From Candidatus Brocadiia bacterium (GTDB lineage Bacteria; Planctomycetota; Brocadiia; SM23-32), in the NCBI GenBank assembly GCA_046538485.1, contig JBKHIT010000017.1, positions 17,886-81,885 on the forward strand: a stretch of DNA of 64,000 bases. The letters run 5' to 3'. This document shows, piece after piece, positions 10,337-21,110 of the stretch. The translations under genes were made by a program, and so were the position numbers. Each line of letters opens with the position of its first letter. Position 1 is the stretch's first letter. Below the pieces are notes generated by a model, which was given only the letters and a program-made list of their open reading frames with translations, was not told the DNA's origin and made no database searches.

Positions 10337-11273
10337 CAGAATCTCCTTTCTCGGATTCGTTTGGCGGCTCCAAATAATGGTGACCGGTGTTCGGATTATC
10401 TTTGTCGTACGCAAAAGCATCCCGAAACTTCAAAAAATCCTTGACAAAATTCACCGGAATTGCAAAGCCCATTCCCTCGGACAAAAACCCCATCTTCATA
10501 TTTGTAACACCGATCACCTCTCCTCTCATATTCAAAAGGGGCCCCCCGCTGTTACCTGGATTGATCGGCGCCGTTGTCTGTAGAAGAACCATTCCCTGAA
10601 ATGCCCGAGCTTTCGAACTTATAATACCTTCAGAAACACTTCTTTCAAAACCAAGAGGGTTTCCAACCGCAAACGTCTGGTCACCCGTTCTCACTCTATC
10701 CATATCTCCAAACGAAAGACACGTGAGCTTCAGATCTTCCGGTGGAACCAGCTTTAAAAGCGCCAAATCGGCAAAAGGATTCAACGCGACTATTTCAACC
10801 TTCTTGATTTTACGCCGCGTGAGACGTTCCTCGCCCTGCAAAAATAATGTGACCGATATATTCGTCTCTCTTTCAATTACGTGAGCGTTCGTAATTAAAT
10901 AGCCTTGAGGATGGATCAAAAAACCACTTCCCATCCCCGAAGGGGTGCGCACAAGCACAACGCCTTCACCAAATTCTGCTACCAGATCCTGAACCGGTTT
11001 TTTCGACCGTTTGGCTTCCGTGTAAAGAGTCTTCCCCGAAAGAACTTCCTCTGATCCATTCCCACTGTCTTCTTCCGGCTCAGCCTTTTCAACCTTAAGA
11101 ATTCGGTCGTTCGGAATCTCCAAAACAGTGAAACCAATATCCAAAACCGTTACCCTCGCCTTTTTTACCAGGATCTTGCCAGTTACGATATTTCCACTTC
11201 GCAAGTAGACGGTTTCAGCAAATACAAAGCTCGACAATCCCAAAAAAAGTACTGTCCCGACAGAGAATGCCAT
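10305..11273 (-). CDS. Secreted trypsin-like (S1C/HtrA-type) serine protease without PDZ
   Basis: GSGFLI, TNAHV (His), DLALLK (Asp), INPGNSGGP (Ser); signal peptide; start uncertain (11273 or 11321). Confidence 0.9.
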   Translation of the reverse strand: MAFSVGTVLFLGLSSFVFAETVYLRSGNIVTGKILVKKARVTVLDIGFTVLEIPNDRILKVEKAEPEEDSGNGSEEVLSGKTLYTEAKRSKKPVQDLVAEFGEGVVLVRTPSGMGSGFLIHPQGYLITNAHVIERETNISVTLFLQGEERLTRRKIKKVEIVALNPFADLALLKLVPPEDLKLTCLSFGDMDRVRTGDQTFAVGNPLGFERSVSEGIISSKARAFQGMVLLQTTAPINPGNSGGPLLNMRGEVIGVTNMKMGFLSEGMGFAIPVNFVKDFLKFRDAFAYDKDNPNTGHHYLEPPNESEKGDSDAKDEKVQPG

Positions 11274-11568
11274 CAGGATATTGCGCCTGAGCAATCTATT
11301 GTTCGATTCGAAATGCTTCAAAATTCTTCCCGAAACTATCTATGGGGCCCCCGATACAGAAAGACGAAACTACTGAATCACTATACTGTCCGCACTCATT
11401 TATTGCAAACTCTGCATCATCTCAGTGCGTGAGTGCAACGGGCAGACAACGACTTCCAAAATACGCACAACTCCCTGCCCACTTCATAAAGGCAAAAACT
11501 TTAGTTGACAGATGCCTCTGACCCTTTAATGTATATCTCAACCTGAACACTTCCGGAGAAGTTCTTCC

Positions 11569-12501
11569 GTGAAAATTTTTCTTGATACCGATATCGGGAC
11601 AGACTCGGATGATGCCGTCTGCCTGGCTTATCTTCTTCTCCACACCGAATGCGAACTGATGGGGGTGACAACCGTCGGGTTTCAGGCCGATCTGCGGGCC
11701 AAAATCGCCGAAAAACTCTGCAGCCACTTTGGGCACCCTGAAATCCCCGTCGTCGCCGGAGCCGAATCACCTGTCTTACCCAATCGCTACTGGTGGGGTC
11801 ACCACGTCAACCAGGATGTCATCCTTGATGGTTCTCCGGAACGGGGATCTGGCCGGCCGGCGGATGCCCTCAGCCTGATGGAATCCGTCGTCCGCGAGAA
11901 TCCCGACGAAATCGCGCTCCTGACGGTCGGCCCCACGACAAACGCGGCCCTGTTCGCCACCAGCTATCCCGAGACGGCCCGGACACTGAAGGCCATTTAC
12001 ACCATGGGCGGGCGGCTCGGATATGATCCGGATGAACCCCGGACAGAGTGTAACATCATGCTGGATCCCGCAGCCGCGTGCGCCCTCCTCTCCCGCAAGC
12101 TGCCCAATCACACGGTTTTTCCGGTCAATATAACCGGCCCCCTCCATCTCACGGGGGAAGAAGCAGAAACCCTCTTCGATGGCGAAATATTCGATCCCCT
12201 GCGACAGTGCTGCGGGGCCTGGAACGAACAGAAGAAATCGGATGGCACGGGTCTCCACGACCCCTTCACCGCCGCCTGCCTCCTCGAGCCCAACCTCTGC
12301 ACCTGCCAGCGGGGCAGAATGGGGATCAAACTCGCCAATTACGACCTGTCGCGAGGTTTCGAACTCGAGAAGGATCGGATTACGGGATGGACGTACTTCG
12401 ATGCCGACCCGGATGGCCCGCACCGGGTCGCTATTGATAGCGATAAGAAACGATTTCACAAACACCTCAACAAGATATTCTCGGAAGCAAGGAACAAGTA
12501 A
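11569..12501 (+). CDS. Inosine/uridine-preferring nucleoside hydrolase family protein
   Basis: DTDIGTDSDD Ca-binding motif, GPTTN, MGG, ECNIMLDP, LHDP. Confidence 0.92.
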   Translation: MKIFLDTDIGTDSDDAVCLAYLLLHTECELMGVTTVGFQADLRAKIAEKLCSHFGHPEIPVVAGAESPVLPNRYWWGHHVNQDVILDGSPERGSGRPADALSLMESVVRENPDEIALLTVGPTTNAALFATSYPETARTLKAIYTMGGRLGYDPDEPRTECNIMLDPAAACALLSRKLPNHTVFPVNITGPLHLTGEEAETLFDGEIFDPLRQCCGAWNEQKKSDGTGLHDPFTAACLLEPNLCTCQRGRMGIKLANYDLSRGFELEKDRITGWTYFDADPDGPHRVAIDSDKKRFHKHLNKIFSEARNK

Positions 12502-12522
12502 CCACACTGACCCTAACCCGTT

Positions 12523-12556
12523 TTTCTCAGTGTACCGTGAAAGGCACACTGAGAAA
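12523..12556 (+). terminator. Stem-loop, possible terminator
   Basis: 11-bp inverted repeat TTTCTCAGTGT/ACACTGAGAAA 22 bp after the hydrolase stop; no strong plus-strand U tract. Confidence 0.4.
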
Positions 12557-12743
12557 TCCTGGCCCGGATTTTACGGATAATTGGAAGCCAACCTTGCTAA
12601 ATTAGGGTAGAATCTTTATCGAAGACCGTTCACAACACTTCTTGTCGTTGTAAATTCTTACGCCTGAACAGCATGCGCCGTTTTATATAGCCTGCATCCG
12701 TAAGGTGCAGACTGCCTAAGTCCTTGTTTTTAAACTGTTTACG

Positions 12744-13808
12744 ATGACTTCTAAACACGACAAGTCCGTTGCCGTAGCAATGTCGGGAGGGGTCGACTCT
12801 TCGGTCACCGCCGCTCTACTCACCAGAGAAGGGTGGGATGTCCATGGGGTCACCATGATCCTCCCGCGCTACGGCACCTCAGAAGGAAAGCCTCGAAGAG
12901 CCACTGAGGATGCCCGGGAGGTGGCAGAAATCCTCGATATCCCGCTGGAGATTTACGATTGCCGATGCTGGTTTGAAGAAACTGTTCTGGAACACTTCGT
13001 GCAGGAATACGCCAGCGGTCGCACCCCCAATCCCTGTGTGCATTGCAACCGCCAGGTCAAGTTTGGTTTTCTGATGGACAAAATAAAGGCCCTCGGCTGC
13101 GATCACCTCGCCACGGGGCACTACGCCCGCGTATCGCAGGACCCGGAAACCGGTCGCTACCACCTGCGGGCAGGAGCAGGAGCCGAAGATCAATCCTATT
13201 TTCTCTTCGGGCTTTCTCAGAAACAGCTTGCCGATGCCGTCTTTCCGCTTGGAGAAAAGGACAAGACCGAAGTGAGGGCTCTGGCCACAGAATTTGATCT
13301 GCCGATCCATGACAAACCCCAAAGTCAGGATCTGTGTTTCCTCCCTCACGGGGGATACCGCGAGCTGCTGCGAAAACGGTGTCCTGAACTGGCCGATCCG
13401 GGTCCGATAATCCATGTCTCCGGTGAGCTTCTCGGCAAACACCATGGCATCATCGATTTTACCATTGGGCAAAGACGGGGTATAGGCATTTCTTGGTCCG
13501 AACCGCTTTATGTGGTGAGGATCGAACCGAATTGCAATCGCATCGTCGTGGGTGAAAAACACCACATTATGAAAAACAATTGCCGTTTGACGAATCTGAA
13601 TTGGGTTTCCCGGATTTGTTCCGAAACCCCATTCCGAGCATCGGTACGGATCCGGTATCGCCATCCGGGCGCCCTGGCAACCGTTGCGCCTCAACCAAAT
13701 GACTCGGCAGAAATCAGTTTCGACGAAGATCAGAAAGCGCCCGCCCCGGGCCAGGCGGCCGTCTTCTACGACGGCCCCACTGTTCTCGGTGGAGGAATTA
13801 TCGAGTAA
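12744..13808 (+). CDS. mnmA: tRNA 2-thiouridine(34) synthase
   Basis: AMSGGVDSS PP-loop, TPNPCVHCN, ATGHYA, DQSYFL, SQDLCF, TIGQRRG, PGQAAVFY. Confidence 0.97.
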   Translation: MTSKHDKSVAVAMSGGVDSSVTAALLTREGWDVHGVTMILPRYGTSEGKPRRATEDAREVAEILDIPLEIYDCRCWFEETVLEHFVQEYASGRTPNPCVHCNRQVKFGFLMDKIKALGCDHLATGHYARVSQDPETGRYHLRAGAGAEDQSYFLFGLSQKQLADAVFPLGEKDKTEVRALATEFDLPIHDKPQSQDLCFLPHGGYRELLRKRCPELADPGPIIHVSGELLGKHHGIIDFTIGQRRGIGISWSEPLYVVRIEPNCNRIVVGEKHHIMKNNCRLTNLNWVSRICSETPFRASVRIRYRHPGALATVAPQPNDSAEISFDEDQKAPAPGQAAVFYDGPTVLGGGIIE

Positions 13809-13827
13809 AACACGGGAGGAGTTTTAG

Positions 13828-14814
13828 ATGAAAGCAATCGCCCTGTTCTCCGGCGGACTCGATAGCCAGCTGGCCGCGAAGTTGATCGCGGAGCAGGAAA
13901 TCGACGTCCACGCTCTTCATTTTACCTCTGCTTTTATCCCCCGTCACGGCTCCGAGTCCGAATCTTCGGTGGCGCGAGAGGCGGCGGACAACCTGGGCTT
14001 TCCGCTGACTGTTGAAGATATCACTTCCGAGCTGACTGAACTCGTGAAAAATCCCCCACACGGCCGGGGAAGCGGATACAATCCTTGTATCGACTGCCGA
14101 ATTTTGCAATTGCGGCGCGCCCGAAAATTAATGAAAGAAAACAACGCGAAGTTTGTCGTGACCGGAGAGGTGCTCGGCCAGCGCCCTATGTCACAAAGAC
14201 GCGGAGCCATCAGCACCATCGAACGGGAAGCCGACCTGGAAGGCCTGGTCGTGCGTCCTCTCTGCGCAAAATCCCTCGAGCCCTCCCTCCCCGAGGAGAA
14301 AGGCTGGGTGGACCGCTCCAGACTCAAAAATTTCACCGGTCGGCAAAGAACACCACAGATTCAGCTGGCCGAAGAGCTCGGTGTCAAAGATTACCCCGAT
14401 CCCGCCGGAGGATGCCGTCTGACAGAACCGGGTTACAGCCGCCGTATCCGGGATCTGCTCGAACATGATGATCTGAATGAGAAGAACCTTGACCTCCTTG
14501 AAGTTGGACGCCATTTCCGCCTTGCGCCGGGGACAAAACTTGTCGTCGGGCGGAACCACGAAGAAAACCTCCGTATCGAAGAACTGGCATTGGACAGCGA
14601 TTGCCTGTTTGAAGCGCGAGATTATCCCGGACCGACATCTCTATTGAGAGGCGGCGCCGACGAACAGCTTCTCGAAATCTCTGCCAGTATTACCGCCCGG
14701 TACGGAAAAGGGAGAAATGAGCCGGGAATCGTGGTTAATTTGCTGGGAAACGAAACCGGCGAACTGATCGTCGAACCCATGGATGATGAGCGACTGACCA
14801 AATGGCGTATTTGA
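13828..14814 (+). CDS. ThiI/MnmA-like PP-loop putative tRNA sulfurtransferase (no THUMP domain)
   Basis: FSGGLDS, NPCIDCR, TGEVLGQRPMSQ, PAGGC, GRHFRL, VGRN. Confidence 0.8.
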   Translation: MKAIALFSGGLDSQLAAKLIAEQEIDVHALHFTSAFIPRHGSESESSVAREAADNLGFPLTVEDITSELTELVKNPPHGRGSGYNPCIDCRILQLRRARKLMKENNAKFVVTGEVLGQRPMSQRRGAISTIEREADLEGLVVRPLCAKSLEPSLPEEKGWVDRSRLKNFTGRQRTPQIQLAEELGVKDYPDPAGGCRLTEPGYSRRIRDLLEHDDLNEKNLDLLEVGRHFRLAPGTKLVVGRNHEENLRIEELALDSDCLFEARDYPGPTSLLRGGADEQLLEISASITARYGKGRNEPGIVVNLLGNETGELIVEPMDDERLTKWRI

Positions 14815-14870
14815 TTCCTGCACTTCCGTTCATCAAAACCTGGGCCCCCACCTCAACAACTTAATCTTCT

Positions 14871-15434
14871 TTATCTACGGGATACGCCAGCCGACGGATG
14901 TACGCCGAGATAAGAAAGAAGTTTATCCTCCAGTCCATCGATAATATTTTTAATCCGGGGGATGCAGTCGCGATGCACTTGTGTTTCCGCTTCAATCTCA
15001 GCCGGAGGGTAACGGATGGCTGCCTCGTATTGAAAGACTCGCTTCCAGAGTGCGTCCAGATGTCCGTCAAGCTCGGCCTTCCGGTAATCTTTCATCAAGT
15101 TAAAATCTGCCGCCTCCGCTGTCGTAATGCGCCCCAGGGAGATAAGACTCGGGATATAACGCAAACACAATCCCCCACCAAAGGCCACGACGAACATGAA
15201 GGCCGGCAACAAAAATACGAGGGCGCGGTTCAACCCGGGCAGGCCAATTCTTGGCAGCTGATGGCCTAGGCCGGTCGCGATTGACATGATCAGCGTGTAT
15301 TTCAAACTCCCCCTGTACATCAGTGTCCCCACGCGGTTAAGCGCATCTCTGAACTGAGTGAGATGATAAAAGCGTCGGGCTTCTTTCACGAACCGCGATA
15401 AATTCCATCCGCTGCTTTTTCTGCCGCGTTTCAT
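14871..15434 (-). CDS. Hypothetical membrane protein, possibly 3'-truncated
   Basis: ORF with two hydrophobic segments; ends close to the convergent gene; no recognisable motif. Confidence 0.45.
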   Translation of the reverse strand: MKRGRKSSGWNLSRFVKEARRFYHLTQFRDALNRVGTLMYRGSLKYTLIMSIATGLGHQLPRIGLPGLNRALVFLLPAFMFVVAFGGGLCLRYIPSLISLGRITTAEAADFNLMKDYRKAELDGHLDALWKRVFQYEAAIRYPPAEIEAETQVHRDCIPRIKNIIDGLEDKLLSYLGVHPSAGVSRR

Positions 15435-15591
15435 ACTGCACCCACCATGTTTCCAGAAAACGTTCATCCGAATCTTAGAAAGCCGCCAGCCCAGCGTCAA
15501 CTCCCATCGCTAACACCATCGCGAGCCGCAGAACGTTGACAGTAAGAATCCCCCTGTTGCTGGCCTCACAGGCTTGAATTGGAGTGCCTCA

Positions 15592-16725
15592 CTAAGCACT
15601 TAGAACGGCAAGCAGGCAGTCGCGGAGCCATTTCTGAGTCTCCGGGCTCAAGTTGCGGCCAAAACGGATCGTTGTCTCGTCGCTGATTACGTGTACCGAA
15701 AGTGCTTGCGACTGAGATGATGCCCCCCTGCTGTTTTTTTGGGCCAGGATCTCCTCGATAGCATCCGCCGGGATACGGCTGTGACCGAAATCTCCCCAGC
15801 GTGTCGTGTACCAGTTCTCGACACCTTCAGGGGAAACCGTTACCACCTGAGAAATGACTTTTCCGGCAATGGCAAGCAGGAGTCCCAACAAACTGAGCGC
15901 TGCAACAAAAAATGAGATCAAGACGGCGTGTCCTTCCAGGTGTAAATAGCCCTTCAGGACGGAGATGGCCACACCGATACCCCCAAGAAATCCCACGGTA
16001 GCCAAAACCACGCAACCGATGGGCACAGTTTGTGCTGGCACAAAGAAGCTCAATTTATCCCCCTCTGTTTTCACTCTCAGACGGGCATCAGGAGGAGGCT
16101 GGGTCGGATCAAAATCGACTTCCAGATGCCCTTCTGCTACACGTTCGCGCACCGATTTGTCGAGGTCTTCCACCGCACGTTCGGTCACACCTTGTTCATC
16201 TTCAACCAGCGCTGGTAAACCGAACAGTCTCGCATAGCGTTCGTGCTGGGAACGGAATTTTTCGTGGCTTCGGGAACAATAAAGCTGCACCGACCGGTCT
16301 TCATCGTCTTCGTGGCTCAGAGTAAGCTTATAAAGCGTGTAGCCCGAACTGTGCTGTCCGCCGCTGTGGTACTCCGATTCCCTGAGCACCCCCCTGTAGC
16401 GGTCCAGGGATTCCTCCCATTTTTCTGTCCCGAAGGGACTCCTGTAATATCTCCTGACCGAGTCCGCATTGAATTGCCAGTAACCGCTTGAGAATGCATT
16501 GGCGATCCCTTTTACGATGGCCACAAGCCCGATGCTGAGGAACAGGCCAACAACAAGAAACGCAAACCACGGAGCGCCCTCGGTAAGAGCTTTATACATC
16601 ATGAAACCCGGGATAGAGCTCCAGAGCACGCCAAATAACACCAGTCCCCACCAGACAGAGGTGTCTTCTTCTGCCCTCAAAGGGATCTCTGCCCCGGGAG
16701 ATATGAGGTCTTTCTGCGGATTCAC
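15592..16725 (-). CDS. Hypothetical membrane protein with two (2TM + soluble domain) modules
   Basis: GTG after GGAGG; two pairs of TM helices, each followed by a beta-rich segment. Confidence 0.7.
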   Translation of the reverse strand: MNPQKDLISPGAEIPLRAEEDTSVWWGLVLFGVLWSSIPGFMMYKALTEGAPWFAFLVVGLFLSIGLVAIVKGIANAFSSGYWQFNADSVRRYYRSPFGTEKWEESLDRYRGVLRESEYHSGGQHSSGYTLYKLTLSHEDDEDRSVQLYCSRSHEKFRSQHERYARLFGLPALVEDEQGVTERAVEDLDKSVRERVAEGHLEVDFDPTQPPPDARLRVKTEGDKLSFFVPAQTVPIGCVVLATVGFLGGIGVAISVLKGYLHLEGHAVLISFFVAALSLLGLLLAIAGKVISQVVTVSPEGVENWYTTRWGDFGHSRIPADAIEEILAQKNSRGASSQSQALSVHVISDETTIRFGRNLSPETQKWLRDCLLAVLSA

Positions 16726-16782
16726 AAGCCCTCCGGCCGATCAATTCAATTAAGGAGTTCATCATTACATAATGCCCCACCG

Positions 16783-18594
16783 TCATCCCAGGAGGCGGAG
16801 GATATCATTACGCACAGCGTAAACGACCAACATCAATAGCAACGTCAGGCCCACAATCTGGCTGACTGTGCGGACTTTTTCGCTGACGGGTTTTCCTCGT
16901 ATCTTCTCGATAGCAAGAAAAAGCAGGTGCCCGCCATCGAGCACCGGTATCGGCAGAATATTAAGAAACGCAAGCGCCGCACTGATGAGAGCCGTAATAT
17001 ACAGCAGTTTCCCGAGACCTTCCTGCGCCGCCAGATAGGATCCATGAGCTATAGCAACCACGCTGCCCAGTTTGCGGGTGCTGATGTCCCGGCTGGCAAA
17101 ACCACGAATGGTTCGAAAGATATCCACAATGGTAGCGTAACTTTTATACACGCCGGTTTGGACTGCTTTGAAGGCCCCATGTTTTCGAACAACCTGTTTT
17201 GGCTCCCGAAAAATCACACCCAACAACCTTGTCTGCTCAAGGTGGGAAGGGGCCGGTTCAACCTCCGCAGAGTGTATTTCACCGTCATGCTCCCACACGA
17301 TTTTCCTTGGATCTTTCCCGGCGCGACTGTTGGCGCGCAGAATATCCTGCCAGCTTTCAGTTTTTACGCGCCCTATCTTCACGATTTTATCACCCGGCCG
17401 CATACCCGCCTCCCATGCAGGCCCCCCCTCTCTCAGCCATGTGAGACGGCCGGCATCTTGGAATTTAATGCTGAATTTAAAATCCTCAAAGCGACGTTTA
17501 TCAGGGATATCGACTTCGACTATCTGCTGAGCCTCACCTCGCTGCACCAACAGCTTCTGCGTCCCAAAAGATTCTTGTACAGCCCTCTCCAGGTCCAGAA
17601 AGTTCTCGATCTTTTTAGCGTTGACTTCTACAATTCGGTCTTTAGGCCGCAAACCCGCCAATTCGGCCATACCATCTCCTTGTAGCGATTTTATTCCGGC
17701 CGATATATATGAGATCCCCAGCACATAACGTGAAGACGGTTCAAGGTTTACCTCCAATTCCAACGGCTCTTCTCTCCCTTTTCTTATCACTCTAACCGGG
17801 AGGGTTTCCTTGGTGCAAAAATCTATCTCGTCCCGCATTTCACTTACTGTTTCAACGTGAATGCCGTTCACAGACACAATTTTATCCATCAGCTCGACGC
17901 CCGCTTCCCTGGCCGGACAGCGCTTGTTTTCTCCTTGCCCCACTTCCACCAAACCATTGACAACCGTTTTTATGGGTGGACCTATTCCTATCCGCCGGAT
18001 ACCCACCAGGTCATCGTATTCAGTGGCAAAATTGTATTGGTACAACTCCCCGTCACGCCTCACGTCCATCTCAATTTCCCGCACACTTTTTATTGCCACT
18101 TCGTGCTGCACGTCTTTGAAATCCGGGGCCTCAATGGAATTGATACGCTCGACTTTATCCCCCCGACGAAGACCGGCCTTCCACGCCGGCATATCTTTCT
18201 GAAGCTGACCGACTTCTGCCACCGGGAAGGGCACCCCGATCGAAAAGGCCGCCACGTAACCTACCACCGCAAGAACCATATTCATGAAAACGCCAGCCAC
18301 AAAGACGATCGCACGCTGACCGGGCGTTTTGGAGCAAAACTCGCCTGGATCACCTGAGCTTTCACTGGCTATTTCTCCCGCCAGTTTCACGTAACCACCG
18401 AGTGGTATCAGCGATATCCGGTATTCAGTTTCGCCTTTCTGAAAACCGACGAGTTTCCGCCAGAAACCGATAGAGAACACTTCCACACGAACTCCGACGG
18501 CTTTTGCCGCGATAAAATGACCGAACTCATGAACAAGAATTAGTATTCCAACGGCAATCGCAGCTTCAACGATACTCAAAGCTGAGCGCAACAT
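16783..18594 (-). CDS. rseP: RIP metalloprotease RseP (M50) with four PDZ domains
   Basis: HEFGH, IPLGGYVK, NILPIPVLDGGH; four PAxxAGxxxGDxI-type PDZ repeats; directly downstream of dxr. Confidence 0.95.
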   Translation of the reverse strand: MLRSALSIVEAAIAVGILILVHEFGHFIAAKAVGVRVEVFSIGFWRKLVGFQKGETEYRISLIPLGGYVKLAGEIASESSGDPGEFCSKTPGQRAIVFVAGVFMNMVLAVVGYVAAFSIGVPFPVAEVGQLQKDMPAWKAGLRRGDKVERINSIEAPDFKDVQHEVAIKSVREIEMDVRRDGELYQYNFATEYDDLVGIRRIGIGPPIKTVVNGLVEVGQGENKRCPAREAGVELMDKIVSVNGIHVETVSEMRDEIDFCTKETLPVRVIRKGREEPLELEVNLEPSSRYVLGISYISAGIKSLQGDGMAELAGLRPKDRIVEVNAKKIENFLDLERAVQESFGTQKLLVQRGEAQQIVEVDIPDKRRFEDFKFSIKFQDAGRLTWLREGGPAWEAGMRPGDKIVKIGRVKTESWQDILRANSRAGKDPRKIVWEHDGEIHSAEVEPAPSHLEQTRLLGVIFREPKQVVRKHGAFKAVQTGVYKSYATIVDIFRTIRGFASRDISTRKLGSVVAIAHGSYLAAQEGLGKLLYITALISAALAFLNILPIPVLDGGHLLFLAIEKIRGKPVSEKVRTVSQIVGLTLLLMLVVYAVRNDILRLLG

Positions 18595-19745
18595 CGACGT
18601 GCCTCCTCTCGCGCCCAACGATCCGCCGCTTCGAGGTCGGCGAGGTCAGGCTTCTGTACCAGATCATGTTCATCAAGCACTTTTCTGGCAACTCCGGTAA
18701 TATCCGTAAAAGCAATTTGTTCTCTCAAGAATTGTTCGACCGCCACTTCGTTAGCGGCGTTCAGCACAGCCCCGCTGGTCCCACCCCGTCGTGCCACCCG
18801 ATATCCGATTTCCAACGCCGGAAATGTCTCATAGTCCGGTTCCTCAAGGTCCAAATTCCCAACTTTTGTCAGATCAAGTCTTTCTACCGGTCCAGGGATT
18901 CGGTCAGGATACGTCAGCGCGTACTGTATCGGCAATTTCATATCAGGGACACCGAGCTGGGCCAGAACCGACCCATCTACAAACTCGACAAGCGAGTGAA
19001 TAATAGACTGTGGGTGAACCAGAACGTCGATTTGATCGACTTCGAGATCGAACAGCCAGCGGGTTTCTATAACTTCCAGGGCCTTGTTCATCATTGTAGC
19101 ACTATCGATCGTGATTTTCCTCCCCATATCCCAGGTAGGATGATTAAGGGCTTCGGTCGGCGTCACATCCCGGAGCTGGTTCTTATCCCTCCCGCGGAAT
19201 GGACCGCCGCTTCCGGTCAGGATCACCCGCCGGACCTCCGCACGCTTACCACTTGCCATCGCCTGGAAAATCGCGCTTTGCTCGCTGTCAACCGGAAGTA
19301 TTGAAGTAGCGTTTTGTCGGGCGAGCCTGTTCACTAAAGGTCCACCAACCACAAGCGTTTCTTTATTCGCCAGAGCGAGAGTAAGACCCAGTTCAAGGGT
19401 ACGAACTGACGGACCGAAGCCCGCCCAACCGGTGATAGCCCCCACTATGATGTCCGCCTCCACATTCTCCAGCATCTTGCATATTCCGTCAGGTCCGAAA
19501 TACAGCTCAACATTCTCCTCGCCCACGGCCTCGGAAAAATCGCTTTTGTGCTGGAGATCGGCAATAGCCGCGCTAAACGGGTTGAATTCCCGCACCTGCT
19601 CGGCAAGTTCTTTCCAACGCGAACACGCGCTCAAACCAACGACCTCGATTCTGCCGGAAAGCCCCCTCACAACATCCAAGGTGCTGTTTCCAATCGAGCC
19701 AGTGCTGCCGAGTACTATTACTTTTCTGGCTATCTCTTCAACCAC
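18576..19745 (-). CDS. dxr: 1-deoxy-D-xylulose-5-phosphate reductoisomerase
   Basis: LGSTGSIG, LANKE, PVDSE, HPTWDMGRKITIDSATMMNKALE, NAANE. Confidence 0.98.
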   Translation of the reverse strand: MVEEIARKVIVLGSTGSIGNSTLDVVRGLSGRIEVVGLSACSRWKELAEQVREFNPFSAAIADLQHKSDFSEAVGEENVELYFGPDGICKMLENVEADIIVGAITGWAGFGPSVRTLELGLTLALANKETLVVGGPLVNRLARQNATSILPVDSEQSAIFQAMASGKRAEVRRVILTGSGGPFRGRDKNQLRDVTPTEALNHPTWDMGRKITIDSATMMNKALEVIETRWLFDLEVDQIDVLVHPQSIIHSLVEFVDGSVLAQLGVPDMKLPIQYALTYPDRIPGPVERLDLTKVGNLDLEEPDYETFPALEIGYRVARRGGTSGAVLNAANEVAVEQFLREQIAFTDITGVARKVLDEHDLVQKPDLADLEAADRWAREEARRCCAQL

Positions 19746-19751
19746 GGAAAA

Positions 19752-20816
19752 TCACTCCAACTTTTCTATCTGTTCCAGCAAAGCATCTGCCAACTCAGAA
19801 CTTGGACGTTTATCAATTTTCTTTCCGTTGCGAAAAATAAAACCAAAATCTTTTCCCCCGGCCACACCGACGTCACATTCTGCTGCTTCGCCGGGACCGT
19901 TGACGACACACCCCATTACAGCCACCCGCAGGGAACGATCGCAATCTTTTAACCTCTCGCGCACTTCCTCGACCAGTTCGCATAGATCAATTTCGCAACG
20001 CCCACATGTCGGACACGAAACAATTTCTGGGCCACTGGGCTCTCTCAGCCCCGCCACCTCCAGAATTTTACGGCCGGCCCGGATTTCATCGTGCGGCGGA
20101 CCTGTCATTGAAACTCGAATGGTATCACCGATCCCCTCGAGAAGCAGAGCACCAATTCCCATAGCGCTTTTCACGAGGCTTATATCCTGCGGGCCGGCGG
20201 CCGTCACACCGACATGAAACGGATAATCGCAGCGATCAGCCGCGAGCCGGTAAGCCTTCACCGTGTTCACCACATCACTGGCCTTAAGGCTTACGACAAG
20301 ACTCTCGCATCCCTCCGCTTCTGCAGCCTGACAGCCTTCGAGCGCTTCTCGAACCATCAATTCGGGCATTTCTTCGCCCGTCTCGGAAACCTCCAGACCG
20401 TCCCGGGGCCGTGCCGAACCGGAATTCACGCCGACTCGCACCTTGATTCGCTCTTCCCCGGCACGTCGAAAGACTTCCCGCAACCCGGCGGTATCCTCCA
20501 TATTTCCCGGATTGACTCGAATCCCATCCGCTCCCGCGCCAATAGACCTCAACGCAAGATCCGGCTCAAAGTGAATGTCGGCAATTAGAGGTAAAGCAGA
20601 ACGTTCCACAACCTTTTCAAGCGCCGCGGCAGCCCGACGGTTAGGGACTGCACAGCGAATAATTTCGCACCCGATTTCCGCCAGCTCCTCAATCTGCTGA
20701 ACGGTCGCATCAACATCCTCCGTGTGGGTCTTTGTCATCGACTGGATACTGACCGGCGCGCCACCGCCGATGGTAACGGGGCCGACTTCGACAGCTCGTG
20801 TTTTTCTCCGTTTCAT
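19752..20816 (-). CDS. ispG: 4-hydroxy-3-methylbut-2-en-1-yl diphosphate synthase
   Basis: VSIQSMT, ADIHF, RVNPGN, GIGDTIRVS, SCPTCGR, MGCVVNGPGE. Confidence 0.98.
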   Translation of the reverse strand: MKRRKTRAVEVGPVTIGGGAPVSIQSMTKTHTEDVDATVQQIEELAEIGCEIIRCAVPNRRAAAALEKVVERSALPLIADIHFEPDLALRSIGAGADGIRVNPGNMEDTAGLREVFRRAGEERIKVRVGVNSGSARPRDGLEVSETGEEMPELMVREALEGCQAAEAEGCESLVVSLKASDVVNTVKAYRLAADRCDYPFHVGVTAAGPQDISLVKSAMGIGALLLEGIGDTIRVSMTGPPHDEIRAGRKILEVAGLREPSGPEIVSCPTCGRCEIDLCELVEEVRERLKDCDRSLRVAVMGCVVNGPGEAAECDVGVAGGKDFGFIFRNGKKIDKRPSSELADALLEQIEKLE

Positions 20817-21110
20817 GCGAGACGCTCGAAGAATATAATTGAAAACGATCCACCGAGAACCACGAGGTTTTAACGTTAAGCGGTGGAAAGCGGATGGACT
20901 CTTGAATTATAGACTTATTCGCTCCTTTTATCAAAAGGCACCATGTAATACCCCGTCCTGGAAAAACTTACATTGTTCAGGCTGGATTAGAATCACCGAT
21001 GACGGATTTTGCTCTTTTTTCAGCAAGCGGCAAGTGATATAATTCAGCAGAGGTACCGATGGTCTTTGCCATATCATAATCTACGTTTTTTGACAGAAGA
21101 GGAGGCATAC

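Noticed and set aside
16783..18594. Four PDZ domains in RseP as a novelty
   Set aside because: Multi-PDZ RseP proteins are, to my recollection, usual in planctomycetes; catalytic motifs and dxr context are standard
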